Virus record (IMG/VR): IMGVR_UViG_3300032257_000016
Span: 1-55,148 of that record
Source of the DNA: a virus
Taxonomy: Duplodnaviria > Caudoviricetes
Reading direction: 5' to 3' (one strand)
DNA: 55,148 bases
The notes under the pieces are model-generated. The model saw only the letters and a list, made by a program, of their open reading frames with translations. It did not search any database and was not told where the DNA came from. Position numbers and translations under genes: made by a program. Every line of letters begins with the position of its first letter. Within the stretch, counting starts at the first letter, position 1. Positions 8,744-16,925 of this stretch are shown here, in pieces.

Positions 8744-9160
8744 TCATATCGAATACCCAAACTTCCCAGCCAGGTGAGATACGGCGATTGCGCATTTTCT
8801 CTTAAAAGTAGTTTCAGTCATGCCGCAATAATCAACGGCCAGTTGACTTGTCCACTTCCCTGCAACATGAGGGCTATGCGGTAGAGCAAACTTTGCAAAG
8901 ATTACTTTTCGATAATCCTCGCTCAGATCCTTAATTGCAGCATCCGTATTGCTATTGAACTTATCGCGCCAATAAATCGGAACAAAGGCCACTCCCTTTC
9001 CTCCACCAGATCCGCCCTCAAATGCCCTGCGCTCAGCAGACATGCTCGGATAACCAAGACCAATGACATTCTTGTATATGTAGGCTCCCCACATATCAAG
9101 CCGCTGTATAATCCCCTGCAGCTCTGCGTCTGGATTATGTCTGTATCTTGGCTTATCCAT
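8744..9160 (-). CDS. Q-like late antiterminator/activator
   Basis: RL..WG...GLGYPSMS N-terminus and a C-terminal sigma-region-4-like HTH; last gene of the nin-like region. Confidence 0.7.
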   Translation of the reverse strand: MDKPRYRHNPDAELQGIIQRLDMWGAYIYKNVIGLGYPSMSAERRAFEGGSGGGKGVAFVPIYWRDKFNSNTDAAIKDLSEDYRKVIFAKFALPHSPHVAGKWTSQLAVDYCGMTETTFKRKCAIAVSHLAGKFGYSI

Positions 9161-9664
9161 CTATGCACCCTGCTCGCTATTAATGATCTGCTCGCAAAAT
9201 TCAACGTCGCCAACTGGTACCAGCCTGCAAATCGTTGACTCCCCGTACTTACCGGCGCTTTTCTTTGCTCGATCTATCGCGTCCAGTAAATTAGACTTAT
9301 CGGTATATGTTTCCCAGCAAATAGAGCCTCCGTTTCGGATAGAATTGTTATTGTCACGCGAGGAAACAACGACAAACATATCATTTGGATCTATCTCAGG
9401 ATTATCCAGAACGTATCCCGCCTCGAACCTCTTCGCAGATGAATACGATTGCGAGCCATCCGAGTACATTACAAAATAGCCACCTATCCCTGGTCTATAA
9501 CGAGTCATATATTCATCGTCTACAACAATAAGGGGCAGTCTTTCGTCATCCGTCAGCAAATATACCTCTGAACAAGATCTAGTTGAGAACCCTGTTATTT
9601 TTAAAGCCCATGCCTGCCTCCGGCTGTTATAACGTGGCATTACCTCTCTGGATTCTTCACTCAT
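9161..9664 (-). CDS. Conserved phage protein with GGY.V.Y.DG..SYS....FE.GY domain plus an extra C-terminal region
   Basis: MPRY.....WALKI...P.IGGYFVMYSDGSQSYSSAKRFEAGY. Confidence 0.65.
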   Translation of the reverse strand: MSEESREVMPRYNSRRQAWALKITGFSTRSCSEVYLLTDDERLPLIVVDDEYMTRYRPGIGGYFVMYSDGSQSYSSAKRFEAGYVLDNPEIDPNDMFVVVSSRDNNNSIRNGGSICWETYTDKSNLLDAIDRAKKSAGKYGESTICRLVPVGDVEFCEQIINSEQGA

Positions 9665-9675
9665 GAAACTCTCTC

Positions 9676-10026
9676 CTACGCTATTTCAATTTCAATCGGA
9701 CAATAAATATCTTCAACCATCTTCTTTTTCATAATAAAGTCTTTCGTCTTAACTCCCTTAACATCAATTACATGAACCGATCCATCGGCGCGAAATTCAA
9801 TGAAGTCAGCCCTATATCTGACGTTCCCTGGCAAATCGAACATCGGCTGCCTTAGAAAGACAACAACATCACCAGCTTTCTTCCTGACCTTCAGGCTATC
9901 GTAATAATTTGCCTCTTTTATCGAATCAAACGTAATCCCATCACGAACAGTCTTCTTGGCCTTATATTTACTACTGCCAGCTGGCTTGAATAAATGCCTT
10001 AATTGCTTTGCCGTGATGGATGCCAT
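9676..10026 (-). CDS. DUF1064-family PD-(D/E)XK endonuclease
   Basis: SKY.AKKT..DGITFDS.KEA..Y, Y.ADF, DVKG..T..F. Confidence 0.85.
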   Translation of the reverse strand: MASITAKQLRHLFKPAGSSKYKAKKTVRDGITFDSIKEANYYDSLKVRKKAGDVVVFLRQPMFDLPGNVRYRADFIEFRADGSVHVIDVKGVKTKDFIMKKKMVEDIYCPIEIEIA

Positions 10027-10028
10027 CG

Positions 10029-10274
10029 CTAATACGATCCCTTCAAATACATAATCAAGTGCTTTCGTACATCAGCAAGATTGCACGAGTCATCCCATAC
10101 GCCAATAAGATCAGGATCTTTATTGCGAATCCGCTTCATTGTCTCGACGGTATTTGCAAACTTTGCATCAAGCAATAAAGCGCCCGTGCTGCGATCACTG
10201 AAAACGGCAATCTCTGATCCACCTCTTGCCGATTTTATTCTGTCAATAATTACTTCAACTGTTCCAATAGACAT
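10029..10274 (-). CDS. Hypothetical protein
   Basis: 81-aa ORF in operon frame. Confidence 0.6.
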   Translation of the reverse strand: MSIGTVEVIIDRIKSARGGSEIAVFSDRSTGALLLDAKFANTVETMKRIRNKDPDLIGVWDDSCNLADVRKHLIMYLKGSY

Positions 10275-10643
10275 TTATTTCCCCTCAATTTGTTTTGCTA
10301 AGTCTCGAACCGTATTTTCCATCGTTTCTTGATCTATATATCCAAACTCAACATTAATGATTACCCAGTCAAAAAACCCACTATCCATTGCCTTCATTAT
10401 GGTGTTATAAATCCACGACCACTGTAGGTACCAGGAATGCGGCATGTTATGTATTGCCGTATGACAACTTCGGCACATTGACATTAGCGCCCAATCTGGA
10501 GCTGTTAACGCCATTCCACTCAAACCCATCCCAATACCGTGATGCGGGTCATCGCCATGATCTCCGCACCATGAACACGGCTGTTTCTTTACCCATGCCT
10601 TGTACTTGTCATCCCGGTACCGCTTTTTCTTCTGTCCTAACAC
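10275..10643 (-). CDS. DUF968/HNH-like Zn-finger nuclease
   Basis: Y..WVK.QPC..CG....DPHH...C..CH...H. Confidence 0.75.
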   Translation of the reverse strand: MLGQKKKRYRDDKYKAWVKKQPCSWCGDHGDDPHHGIGMGLSGMALTAPDWALMSMCRSCHTAIHNMPHSWYLQWSWIYNTIMKAMDSGFFDWVIINVEFGYIDQETMENTVRDLAKQIEGK

Positions 10644-10835
10644 CTACCCACCCCGCCTCATGCGATCCAGGTTGTTATCGCGCATACATTGATTAGATCT
10701 GCGATCTGCTTGTCTTCTGTCTGTAAAACTCAGTCGTCTTTCTTTTTGCGTATAACCCCATGCGCTGCTAAGATCTACTCGACGATCAGGTATTGATGAT
10801 CTGTTTTTAATGGCTCGCCTGCAGTTAATAAACAT
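10644..10835 (-). CDS. Small protein with repeated (D/E)RR motifs
   Basis: 63 aa, GAGG RBS; DRR x3 and ERR. Confidence 0.55.
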   Translation of the reverse strand: MFINCRRAIKNRSSIPDRRVDLSSAWGYTQKERRLSFTDRRQADRRSNQCMRDNNLDRMRRGG

Positions 10836-10878
10836 GATTATTTCCTCTCTTATTTATGCCTAACATAACAAGACCCCC

Positions 10879-11346
10879 TCAACTAAAGCGCAATAAGTTC
10901 TCAACAACGCGATCTACATCATCACTCGTGTAATTCTTCAATATTCGCTGCAACCCAACATCAATTGTTTTGCTATACAGCTGCTCAAACTCAAGTTCAT
11001 CCATGCTGCCAAAACTTATAGACTTGGCTTCAACCTTAACGTCACCATTCAGCCTATAGAACATTTCATAAAACCCGGCAAATATGGTTAAATCCTTCCT
11101 GAACCGATCAAAATTCTTTTGCGGTACCATTTTTACCTGTCCTGGTGCACTTTCTGGCTCCCAGTGGTCATAAAGAAAACCAACCAATGCCCACCACTTG
11201 CGAAAAAACATACCGTTCCTGACCTTTGAAAACTTCCCCTTAATTACGTCCCCTGTCTTTATGCCATCCAGGTAGTCAACGTCATTCTGAGACGCTGGTA
11301 CCAGTATTCCGTTAGGATGCTTGACGAAAGATGCTTCAGTCGCCAC
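10879..11346 (-). CDS. DUF1367-family (NinB-like) protein
   Basis: LVPA...D......K.G...RN..F.RK..AL, F..FRK.LTI.AGFY, KSISF.SMD..EF..LY; GTG11346 is the likely start. Confidence 0.8.
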   Translation of the reverse strand: MATEASFVKHPNGILVPASQNDVDYLDGIKTGDVIKGKFSKVRNGMFFRKWWALVGFLYDHWEPESAPGQVKMVPQKNFDRFRKDLTIFAGFYEMFYRLNGDVKVEAKSISFGSMDELEFEQLYSKTIDVGLQRILKNYTSDDVDRVVENLLRFS

Positions 11347-11457
11347 GCTTTCTATCCCTAATCCAGTCACGGACAGACACAAACAAGAGTATTCTTCCAA
11401 AAAATACAAGCTCGAAAACCAATATTGAAAGCATCACGACGGTTAATTGATCTACAT

Positions 11458-11790
11458 TCATGCAACCTGCTCCTGTATTATGTAATTTTGATGCGCTACA
11501 CATATTTCGTTTATTTTCCTAATAATGAACTCAGGATTAATGTTCACTGAATATGAGTCATGTTCAAAACTTCTATTGTTAAAATAAAGCGCCGCGCTCT
11601 CTCTTATCCATATTGTTCGCTTCGCCTCAAATTCGGGCGAAACAACATCAACGAATGCAAGACTTATCTTTTTCACAACAACCCATGATTCAAAACTGCC
11701 GTCAGTCATATTCAAAACAACCTTTTCAAAAAAAAATGAAATGGCCTTCCTTAATGCCTTCTGAGATTTATGGCAGTAATAGTCCATCAT
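11458..11790 (-). CDS. Hypothetical protein
   Basis: 110 aa, coupled to the dut stop. Confidence 0.55.
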   Translation of the reverse strand: MMDYYCHKSQKALRKAISFFFEKVVLNMTDGSFESWVVVKKISLAFVDVVSPEFEAKRTIWIRESAALYFNNRSFEHDSYSVNINPEFIIRKINEICVAHQNYIIQEQVA

Positions 11791-12239
11791 CTGCTACCAG
11801 TGCTGCCAAATCCGCCCTCTCCGCGCCGTGTCGATTCGATGGAATCAACCTCAACCAGATCTGACTTACCCCCAGGCCATAAGTACGGAACCAGTACCAT
11901 TTGCGCTATGCGCGAACCAGGTTCAACGATGTAAGGTATTGAACTATGATTTATCAATAAAACCTTCACTTGGCCTCGGTAATCAGAATCTATGGTTCCG
12001 GGGCTATTTAAAACGGTCACACCAAACTTGTGAGCAAGGCCGGATCTTGGTCTTATGTCACCCACCCAGCCTTTCGGGATACTCCACGCATACCCTGTTG
12101 CAAGCAAGGCTCGCTCTCCGGGCAAAAGTGTTACCGACCCCGGCTCAGCCGATTGAAGGTCATAGCCTGCTGAACCCTCTGTCTTTTGTTCAGGCAAACT
12201 AATAAGCTCGCTGTTGCTAACTTTTTTTACTCTAATCAT
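11787..12239 (-). CDS. dut: Trimeric dUTPase
   Basis: AGYDL, RPRSGLA, GTIDSDYRG, RIAQMV, RGEGGFGSTG motifs. Confidence 0.97.
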   Translation of the reverse strand: MIRVKKVSNSELISLPEQKTEGSAGYDLQSAEPGSVTLLPGERALLATGYAWSIPKGWVGDIRPRSGLAHKFGVTVLNSPGTIDSDYRGQVKVLLINHSSIPYIVEPGSRIAQMVLVPYLWPGGKSDLVEVDSIESTRRGEGGFGSTGSR

Positions 12240-12438
12240 TGCTTGGTTCCTTAAACTTAAATTTGTTTTTATCAATGCAGAGCGGCCATGTCGCATACTC
12301 TAAACAACCCCAGTCATCACTATGGTTGTCACACATTCGGCAACCACCGTTTTTTTCACGTAATAACTGTCTTGTATTGCGACAATCAACTTTTCGCTCT
12401 ACTGGCGTAAGTCCTTCGATTAAATATGTCCGTGACAT
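12232..12438 (-). CDS. Hypothetical Cys-rich protein (start uncertain)
   Basis: CxxC plus further Cys residues; its end overlaps the dut start. Confidence 0.45.
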   Translation of the reverse strand: MSRTYLIEGLTPVERKVDCRNTRQLLREKNGGCRMCDNHSDDWGCLEYATWPLCIDKNKFKFKEPSND

Positions 12439-12559
12439 GCTTCTTCACCAGCTCCCGGCAATGCTCAGGTACCGCGTTAAGCGCAGTTCGCCTGTCTTCA
12501 ATATCATCCATCCCCGCAATCTCACTCGCATAATGCCTTGGCCTCTTTTCTTTAAGCAC
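12386..12559 (-). CDS. Small conserved phage protein, 57 aa
   Basis: My translation: MLKEKRPRHYASEIAGMDDIEDRRTALNAVPEHCRELVKKHV...; fills the gap between neighbouring ORFs. Confidence 0.6.
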   Translation of the reverse strand: MLKEKRPRHYASEIAGMDDIEDRRTALNAVPEHCRELVKKHVTDIFNRRTYASRAKS

Positions 12560-12872
12560 TGATCTGTTCAGGCGAAATGCGAACCGGATGAACTGTTATC
12601 TTGCTTACAATGCACTTTCGCGGACTTGGCTCTTCAGCGAGAACCCCTGAGTCCTTCAGTAGCTTACATCGAGCACTGATTGTCCCAACATCAAGGAACT
12701 TTCCAAACTTTGTTTTTAATGCGATCTGTATCTCACGCAATGACATGTTCGCTCTTTTTGCAACGACACTTATAATCATGCCAACCTGTGTTGTTTCCTT
12801 ACCTGCGCTTTTTAGATCTCGATACGCAGCAATAGAAGTTAGTCTTACTGTCATAATATTTTCTCCAGACAT
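12552..12872 (-). CDS. Winged-HTH protein
   Basis: TSIAAY...SLREI.......GTISARC..L...G.L......KC. Confidence 0.65.
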   Translation of the reverse strand: MSGENIMTVRLTSIAAYRDLKSAGKETTQVGMIISVVAKRANMSLREIQIALKTKFGKFLDVGTISARCKLLKDSGVLAEEPSPRKCIVSKITVHPVRISPEQISA

Positions 12873-12888
12873 TGTTCCATGTGGAACC

Positions 12889-13140
12889 TTAATATTTTTT
12901 ACCCATATTTAACCGTCGGCGCTCGCACTCTCCGTTACCTTGATGCGGCATATACTTCCCTGTCATACCTATATGCTTTAACACCCTCATGCGTAGCTTT
13001 CTTTTCGCATATTCAAGATTAAAATTAATACTTGCTGGCAACCCATGAAGCATCTGATAATTAATGCGAACATTATTCTCGTGATGTAACTTTTCCAGAA
13101 TTTTTACTTGTGTTTTTAATTCTGTAATGTGATACGACAT
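12889..13140 (-). CDS. Hypothetical basic protein
   Basis: 83 aa with Y.PHQG..EC.RR motif; coupled to the upstream gene. Confidence 0.55.
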   Translation of the reverse strand: MSYHITELKTQVKILEKLHHENNVRINYQMLHGLPASINFNLEYAKRKLRMRVLKHIGMTGKYMPHQGNGECERRRLNMGKKY

Positions 13141-13754
13141 TAGCTTTCTCCTGCAGATAGGGCTTTAGTCGCAATATCTGAAATTCGCGTTAAATTCACC
13201 CTGGGTTTATTAATTAGCTTTTGATGGATCTCACTAGCTTTTTTATGATCGCCAATAAGAATAGGTCTTCTATCTGTTGCTATACCGTGAAGCATTGGAA
13301 CCTGGCTGCTGCCAACTCCACCTTGGAGCAAATAACCCAAATACCGTTTTTCAAATTCATTTCTTACAAACGGCCACTCTGAATTGTCTTTTTCTCCGAA
13401 TGATGGCCATCCACCCATATCTGAAACAACAACATGAATAATTGCATCATCAAAACAAACTGATTCGTATGTTCCTATACACCGAACAGCTTCATCCAAT
13501 TTTGTCCATGCCGCTAATGCTTGACTGCTTCCAGTCCCTCGAAACCTGCCAACCAGATCCGCCGGCTTTGGTGCGAATCTTCCTGCGTCCGGGTCTTGAA
13601 TATGAACCGACATTGCGTTAAGAACCTCAGAAAGATCGTATTTTTCTAATGACTTCCAAAAAATATCCAGAATACTGGCCGTAACTTTCTTGCTGTAAAT
13701 TTCCATGCAGGCAGTTAGTGCTCTTGAGAACTCAACTCTATCGCTACTGTTCAT
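13140..13754 (-). CDS. DUF6475-type replication accessory protein (helicase-loader position)
   Basis: FAPKPAD, A..AW, G.Y.SV.FDD.IIH.V..DMGGW; follows the initiator gene. Confidence 0.75.
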   Translation of the reverse strand: MNSSDRVEFSRALTACMEIYSKKVTASILDIFWKSLEKYDLSEVLNAMSVHIQDPDAGRFAPKPADLVGRFRGTGSSQALAAWTKLDEAVRCIGTYESVCFDDAIIHVVVSDMGGWPSFGEKDNSEWPFVRNEFEKRYLGYLLQGGVGSSQVPMLHGIATDRRPILIGDHKKASEIHQKLINKPRVNLTRISDIATKALSAGES

Positions 13755-14583
13755 CACAGACCCCCGCTTCAACAATAACCTCGTTATTATTTGCCCATGA
13801 TTCAGCAACATCATGGTTATGGTCAGCGACCGCTCTATCTGGATCTGGTTGAACTGGAAGCGACCACTCCTGCAACCAAGGGGCTTCGTCCCCTACACCA
13901 AAAAATCGAGATCCCTGCATGACAAATTCTGTGTTTATTTTTTCTGTTGCCTCGCAGTAAGCTAAATATCTACTTACAGCAGATAGAAGGTCATCAATAC
14001 TAGCGCCTTCTTTTTGCCTTGCGCTCCATGATGCGTATGTCCCTTTTTTGTTTCTGTCTCCGGCTCTATGTGGGTATATTTCCCAAACAAGTGAAAATGC
14101 AGGATGATAATCTGAGGTTTTATTTTTTTTGTGCGTTGACGCATTCGCGTCAATATCCTTTCCCTTTCCTTTTCCTTTTCCTTTTCCTTTTCCTTTTCCT
14201 TTTCCTTTTCCTTCCTGAGAATTACCGTCGTCTAACAGGTCATTAACCGTTAAGCCTGCGTCTTTATTTGGAATGACGCTTGCTTTTTCTGTGTGATGTG
14301 GACGCTGATGCTCTGTAAATGATGGAATTGAAAGGTATTTCTTATTATCGACCTTATAAATTACTATGTGGCCACTTTCCTTTAATTCGTCAATACAAGC
14401 GTCAAACTTATCCATTTCGTAAGGCATGCACTGAGCTGCAAGCGCGACACGCTGAAACTTCATTTTCCCCTCACGATCCGAGTGACACCAGAGAGCGACG
14501 TAAAGCAACCGTGAGTTAACCGTTAATTCACCGATCTCTTCTGACATAAAAAATTCAGGTTTTATTGTGCGTATCCTACTCAT
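13744..14583 (-). CDS. Phage replication initiator protein
   Basis: MSRIRTIKPEFF N-terminus, D.EG, F..HQ, (GK)n linker, F...W..YP C-terminal domain. Confidence 0.88.
   Translation of the reverse strand: MSRIRTIKPEFFMSEEIGELTVNSRLLYVALWCHSDREGKMKFQRVALAAQCMPYEMDKFDACIDELKESGHIVIYKVDNKKYLSIPSFTEHQRPHHTEKASVIPNKDAGLTVNDLLDDGNSQEGKGKGKGKGKGKGKGKGKDIDANASTHKKNKTSDYHPAFSLVWEIYPHRAGDRNKKGTYASWSARQKEGASIDDLLSAVSRYLAYCEATEKINTEFVMQGSRFFGVGDEAPWLQEWSLPVQPDPDRAVADHNHDVAESWANNNEVIVEAGVCDEQ
14120..14213. repeat. (GGAAAA)n hexamer tract plus palindrome and T-tract inside the initiator gene; likely origin region
   Basis: About 9 TTTTCC units at 14157-14213; TTGACGC-attc-GCGTCAA at 14136-14153; T-run at about 14118-14130. 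Confidence 0.6.
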
Positions 14584-14855
14584 TACTTGAGCGCCTTCTT
14601 TGCAAAAAGCTTCAGTGCTGCGTATTCATCGTCTGGAACACTTACTTCATTACTGTCAACTAGCTTCAAATCCAGGGCGCTCAATAACGCCCCTATGTGC
14701 TCCATAGGGATACCACTGTTTCCTGCAAAATATTTTTGAACGCTATCTGAACCGACTCTCCTTGTTAGATATTCAGACATGTGCTCTGCAATATCTTTAT
14801 GTGAAAGGTCTTTTATTGATTTTTTGCTATGTATTAAATTTGTTGTTTTACACAT
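14583..14855 (-). CDS. CII-like regulator
   Basis: Lies between cro and the initiator; HTH and LL.AL.LK.V........Y.AL...A C-terminus. Confidence 0.6.
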   Translation of the reverse strand: MCKTTNLIHSKKSIKDLSHKDIAEHMSEYLTRRVGSDSVQKYFAGNSGIPMEHIGALLSALDLKLVDSNEVSVPDDEYAALKLFAKKALK

Positions 14856-14972
14856 ACTTACAACCCTTTTAAGAATGGATCGAAAACAAAACGAATGGAA
14901 ACGAACTCAACCGCTCTTTAAATTTGCTATCCTTGTTACTGAAATAACGGCAATGCAAACGAGCGACGCTCA

Positions 14973-15185
14973 TTAGGTATTATCCGGGTAAATATCAGGC
15001 CTAAGCTGATGGCGCGTAACGGCACCATCAGTAGCCGCTTCAACTTCAATCACTCTCGCTGACGGAACGGACTCTTTTTTTATCCACTTGCCAAGGGCTT
15101 GTGGTGTAACTCCGATAATTGCGGCCAGTGCTCGCTGACTACCAACGACATTGCATGCTTTTTTTATGGGGGAAATTTTAGTCAT
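14973..15185 (-). CDS. cro: Cro/YdaS-like HTH regulator
   Basis: GSQRALA..IGVTPQAL.KW, VP..RV..VE.AT.G.VTR..LRPDIY. Confidence 0.88.
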   Translation of the reverse strand: MTKISPIKKACNVVGSQRALAAIIGVTPQALGKWIKKESVPSARVIEVEAATDGAVTRHQLRPDIYPDNT

Positions 15186-15192
15186 GAAAACG

Positions 15193-15261
15193 AGTATAAA
15201 CCTAGGGTTTATGTTTTGCAACCCTGAGTTTATATTAAACCAAAGGTTTATACATGATAAT
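15193..15261. promoter_or_regulatory. Divergent pR/pRM region with three operators
   Basis: TAAACC-tag-GGTTTA 15197-15211, GCAACC-ctg-AGTTTA 15218-15232, TAAACC-aaa-GGTTTA 15236-15250; minus-strand TTGCAA-17-TATACT; plus-strand GATAAT 15256-15261. Confidence 0.85.
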
Positions 15262-15267
15262 TACGAT

Positions 15268-15672
15268 ATGAATAAATTAGGCGACAGAATTAAGTATGCG
15301 ATTAATGCTGCAGGCACTAACCCAAACCAGATACATACTGCGATTGGTAGTCCTTCAGTGCAGGCAATCGGGAAATGGGCTAAGACAGGCAAGATCTCAC
15401 TTGATAGCCTGCACGCCCTGGCAAACCACCTGCGCGTACCAATGGAGTGGTTTTACTCTGATGATGACTACGAGACAGGACTGATTGCATGGCAAGCATT
15501 AAATGATGTGATACGAGCGATTGACGAAATAGCTGGAGAGCTGGGTGCTGCCAATGATATTGACATGCTTGGCGCGATAGCAAAAAAGCTGGCCGATAAT
15601 ACTGATGACTCTACATTCAAGTCAGCCGCATCGATTATTAACCAGCGTATTAAAGAAAAATATAGTAAATAA
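15268..15672 (+). CDS. CI-like repressor (HTH, no recognisable S24 peptidase domain), 134 aa
   Basis: LGDRIK.A......VQAI.KW.KTG.IS...L..LA..L.V..EW; divergent from cro. Confidence 0.8.
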   Translation: MNKLGDRIKYAINAAGTNPNQIHTAIGSPSVQAIGKWAKTGKISLDSLHALANHLRVPMEWFYSDDDYETGLIAWQALNDVIRAIDEIAGELGAANDIDMLGAIAKKLADNTDDSTFKSAASIINQRIKEKYSK

Positions 15673-15767
15673 GCTCCAATTTATTTGTGAAATATTTACA
15701 TTGATCTCCCTATCATTTACATGGATAATGTAAGCCTCAACTAACAAAAGCAACCGGGGGCAAACAA

Positions 15768-15983
15768 GTGAATGACGACACTAAACAACAAATAATTGGA
15801 CAACTTTTAAATAAAAATAAGAATAAATACCCGGAAATCATTATGATTTGCATTATTGTCATCATAATCCAGCTCATTCAACTGTCAAATAAGGTAAATA
15901 ATATCTTTATGGAGCAAGAACGGAGAACCGGACTTGTGTACCATCATGAAACAAATCAAGTCAAAAAACCTCACGATCGGTGA
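15768..15983 (+). CDS. Small single-TM membrane protein in the immunity region
   Basis: IIMICIIVIIIQLIQL hydrophobic stretch; GGGGG RBS before GTG. Confidence 0.5.
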   Translation: MNDDTKQQIIGQLLNKNKNKYPEIIMICIIVIIIQLIQLSNKVNNIFMEQERRTGLVYHHETNQVKKPHDR

Positions 15984-16079
15984 AATTTTTCATCGACTTT
16001 GTATCTGTATCTGTTCTTCTTCTGTCTCTGTTCTTGCTCCTGATTCAGGAGTATTGATGCTATTTTTTTAATATATATA

Positions 16080-16119
16080 TAAACCGTGGGTTGTTTTATG
16101 TAAACCTGTGGTTTATACT
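16080..16119 (+). promoter_or_regulatory. pL-like promoter with two operators
   Basis: TAAACC-gtg-GGTTGT 16080-16094, TAAACC-tgt-GGTTTA 16101-16115; TTGTTT-17-TATACT. Confidence 0.85.
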
Positions 16120-16154
16120 GTGGTCGTGTATTTAATTTAAGCAGGAGCTTAATC

Positions 16155-16925
16155 ATGACCAAAGAAATAGCTACATTCAGCCTCACCCCAAGCAATCTAA
16201 ATGAAGCCATGCAGTTCTCAGAAATGATCGCTGCATCCTCCCTTGTACCAAGAGACTTTAAAAATAAACCTGGTGACACCCTTGTAGCGATACAAATGGG
16301 CAGCGAACTTGGTCTTCCTCCTATGCAGGCACTTCAGAATATAGCCGTGATTAATGGCCGGCCATGCGTCTGGGGTGATGCTCTTCCCGCTCTGGCAAAA
16401 AATCACCCTAAATACGAAAAGATGGAAGAGACTTTTGACGAAAGCACGATGACAGCGACGTGCGTTATTAAGCGTAAAGGCGAAAAAGCTGAAGTAAGAA
16501 CATTCTCACAGGCTGACGCACAAGTAGCTGGCTTATGGAATAAAGAAGGTACCTGGAAAAAGTACCCAAAGCGCATGCTTCAAATGCGAGCCAGATCATT
16601 CGCTATTCGAGATGTATTCCCCGACGCACTAAAAGGCCTGTATGTGGCTGAAGATGCTCTTGATATTCCAGAGAAGGACATGGGTGAAGCTGAGCGCGTT
16701 GAAGAACCAGCGGTTGCTGAAGAGCAGACACTTCCTGAAGAGCAGATACTTCCTGCCTACACAGACGAACAAATTGACGAGAATGAAGAGTCATTCAAGC
16801 AAATGTTCGCTGCAAGCAAAAGCAGTCCCGAGCACATGATTGGAATGATTAGCTCAAAATACTCAATGACTGAAAAGCAGATAACCCGAATAAATGAAAT
16901 GGCACCCAATGGAGAAGTAGCATGA
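16155..16925 (+). CDS. recT: RecT-family single-strand annealing protein
   Basis: G.ELGL.PMQALQNIAVINGRP..WGD, W.KYPKRMLQMRAR.FA.RD.FPD.L.G. Confidence 0.9.
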   Translation: MTKEIATFSLTPSNLNEAMQFSEMIAASSLVPRDFKNKPGDTLVAIQMGSELGLPPMQALQNIAVINGRPCVWGDALPALAKNHPKYEKMEETFDESTMTATCVIKRKGEKAEVRTFSQADAQVAGLWNKEGTWKKYPKRMLQMRARSFAIRDVFPDALKGLYVAEDALDIPEKDMGEAERVEEPAVAEEQTLPEEQILPAYTDEQIDENEESFKQMFAASKSSPEHMIGMISSKYSMTEKQITRINEMAPNGEVA

